Assembly (NCBI RefSeq): GCF_001194135.2
Contig: NC_068986.1
Span: 101,981,526 to 102,045,525 of the forward strand
Reading direction: 5' to 3'
DNA from: Octopus bimaculoides
Taxonomy: Eukaryota
DNA: 64,000 bases
The position numbers were made by a program, and so were the translations under genes. Shown here in pieces: positions 62,659 to 64,000 of this stretch. Each line of letters opens with the position of its first letter. The stretch's first letter is position 1. The notes below the pieces were generated by a model. It was given only the letters and a program-made list of their open reading frames with translations, was not told the origin of the DNA and searched no databases.

Positions 62659-64000
62659 ATGTGTACGTATATATATATATATATATATACGTATATATAT
62701 ACATATATATATATATGTGTATATATATATATATNNNNNNNNNNNNNNNNNNNNNNNNNNNNNNNNNNNNNNNNNNNNNNNNNNNNNNNNNNNNNNNNNN
62801 NNNNNNNNNNNNNNNNNNNNNNNNNNNNNNNNNNNNNNNNNNNNNNNNNNNNNNNNNNNNNNNNNNNNNNNNNNNNNNNNNNNNNNNNNNNNNNNNNNNN
62901 NNNNNNNNNNNNNNNNNNNNNNNNNNNNNNNNNNNNNNNNNNNNNNNNNNNNNNNNNNNNNNNNNNNNNNNNNNNNNNNNNNNNNNNNNNNNNNNNNNNN
63001 NNNNNNNNNNNNNNNNNNNNNNNNNNNNNNNNNNNNNNNNNNNNNNNNNNNNNNNNNNNNNNNNNNNNNNNNNNNNNNNNNNNNNNNNNNNNNNNNNNNN
63101 NNNNNNNNNNNNNNNNNNNNNNNNNNNNNNNNNNNNNNNNNNNNNNNNNNNNNNNNNNNNNNNNNNNNNNNNNNNNNNNNNNNNNNNNNNNNNNNNNNNN
63201 NNNNNNNNNNNNNNNNNNNNNNNNNNNNNNNNNNNNNNNNNNNNNNNNNNNNNNNNNNNNNNNNNNNNNNNNNNNNNNNNNNNNNNNNNNNNNNNNNNNN
63301 NNNNNNNNNNNNNNNNNNNNNNNNNNNNNNNNNNNNNNNNNNNNNNNNNNNNNNNNNNNNNNNNNNNNNNNNNNNNNNNNNNNNNNNNNNNNNNNNNNNN
63401 NNNNNNNNNNNNNNNNNNNNNNNNNNNNNNNNNNNNNATAACTGCAACATCTTTCCAAGAGATCTATGAGCATTTGATTAGGATGCGAGTTCAGTGGAAA
63501 AATTAAAAAAAAAAAATCCAAGACACTGCTAATTTCATTTTCCATCACTTATATATTTAGAAATTTCAGGCAGTTGTTTTAGTTAAACACCAGGTAATTT
63601 CTTATAAAGTAAATTCATGATTTGCACGTTCTACATCTGTGGCATTATTAGGTTTGCGCATACGTTTTCATAATATGTAGTGTATTTTTCGTTAAGCCAG
63701 CATGTGCGTATTTCGAAGCATATCTCACCGACAGGTTGAGGAAACTCACATTTTGTAGGTGAGTGTGGTTGATTTGTGAAAGCCTGTTATATGTTTGCTG
63801 CCAAGAAAAGTTTGGCAGGTTTTGATGTTGTATTCGCACATACAATATACTCTCAAGGTTATTAATGATGGTTGGGTTATATTTAACATTTAATATAAAC
63901 GTTGGGCTTTTGTTCATCTTTTCAAATGGTTGCGTGATTAATTTATGTATCTAAGAGATCAGGCATATTTTTCATGCATTAAGAAATGTCACTGCAAACG

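Noticed and set aside
661-63917. Most ORF-track entries (poly-YI, CV, HT, poly-I/N/D/F/T and X-filled ORFs)
   Set aside because: They are translations of di/trinucleotide microsatellites or run through N gaps; no domain content

Overview
AT-rich, repeat-saturated eukaryotic DNA from a short-read draft assembly. There are 23 N-gaps totalling about 9 kb, and most long ones abut (TA)n/(CA)n/(GA)n tracts. The tRNA-derived SINE families and the microsatellite density look like Octopus; this is recognition from memory, not a database result. I cannot support any intact host gene: nearly all ORF-track entries are microsatellite or N-gap artefacts, and only three weak candidate micro-exons remain. 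The window holds R4/Dong-type, RTE, CR1-type and L1/Tx1-type LINE remnants, mariner pieces, one non-autonomous Helitron with both termini, about 20 SINE copies and several long inverted repeats. The most interesting signal is a set of minimal type-I hammerhead ribozyme motifs on the minus strand: 47910-47979 has all core nucleotides, 52613-52668 and 29026-29065 are near-canonical, and there are degenerate relics elsewhere. They sit in Penelope-like (PLE) terminal repeats next to (TA)n tracts. Repeat boundaries are approximate to tens of bp unless stated as exact.
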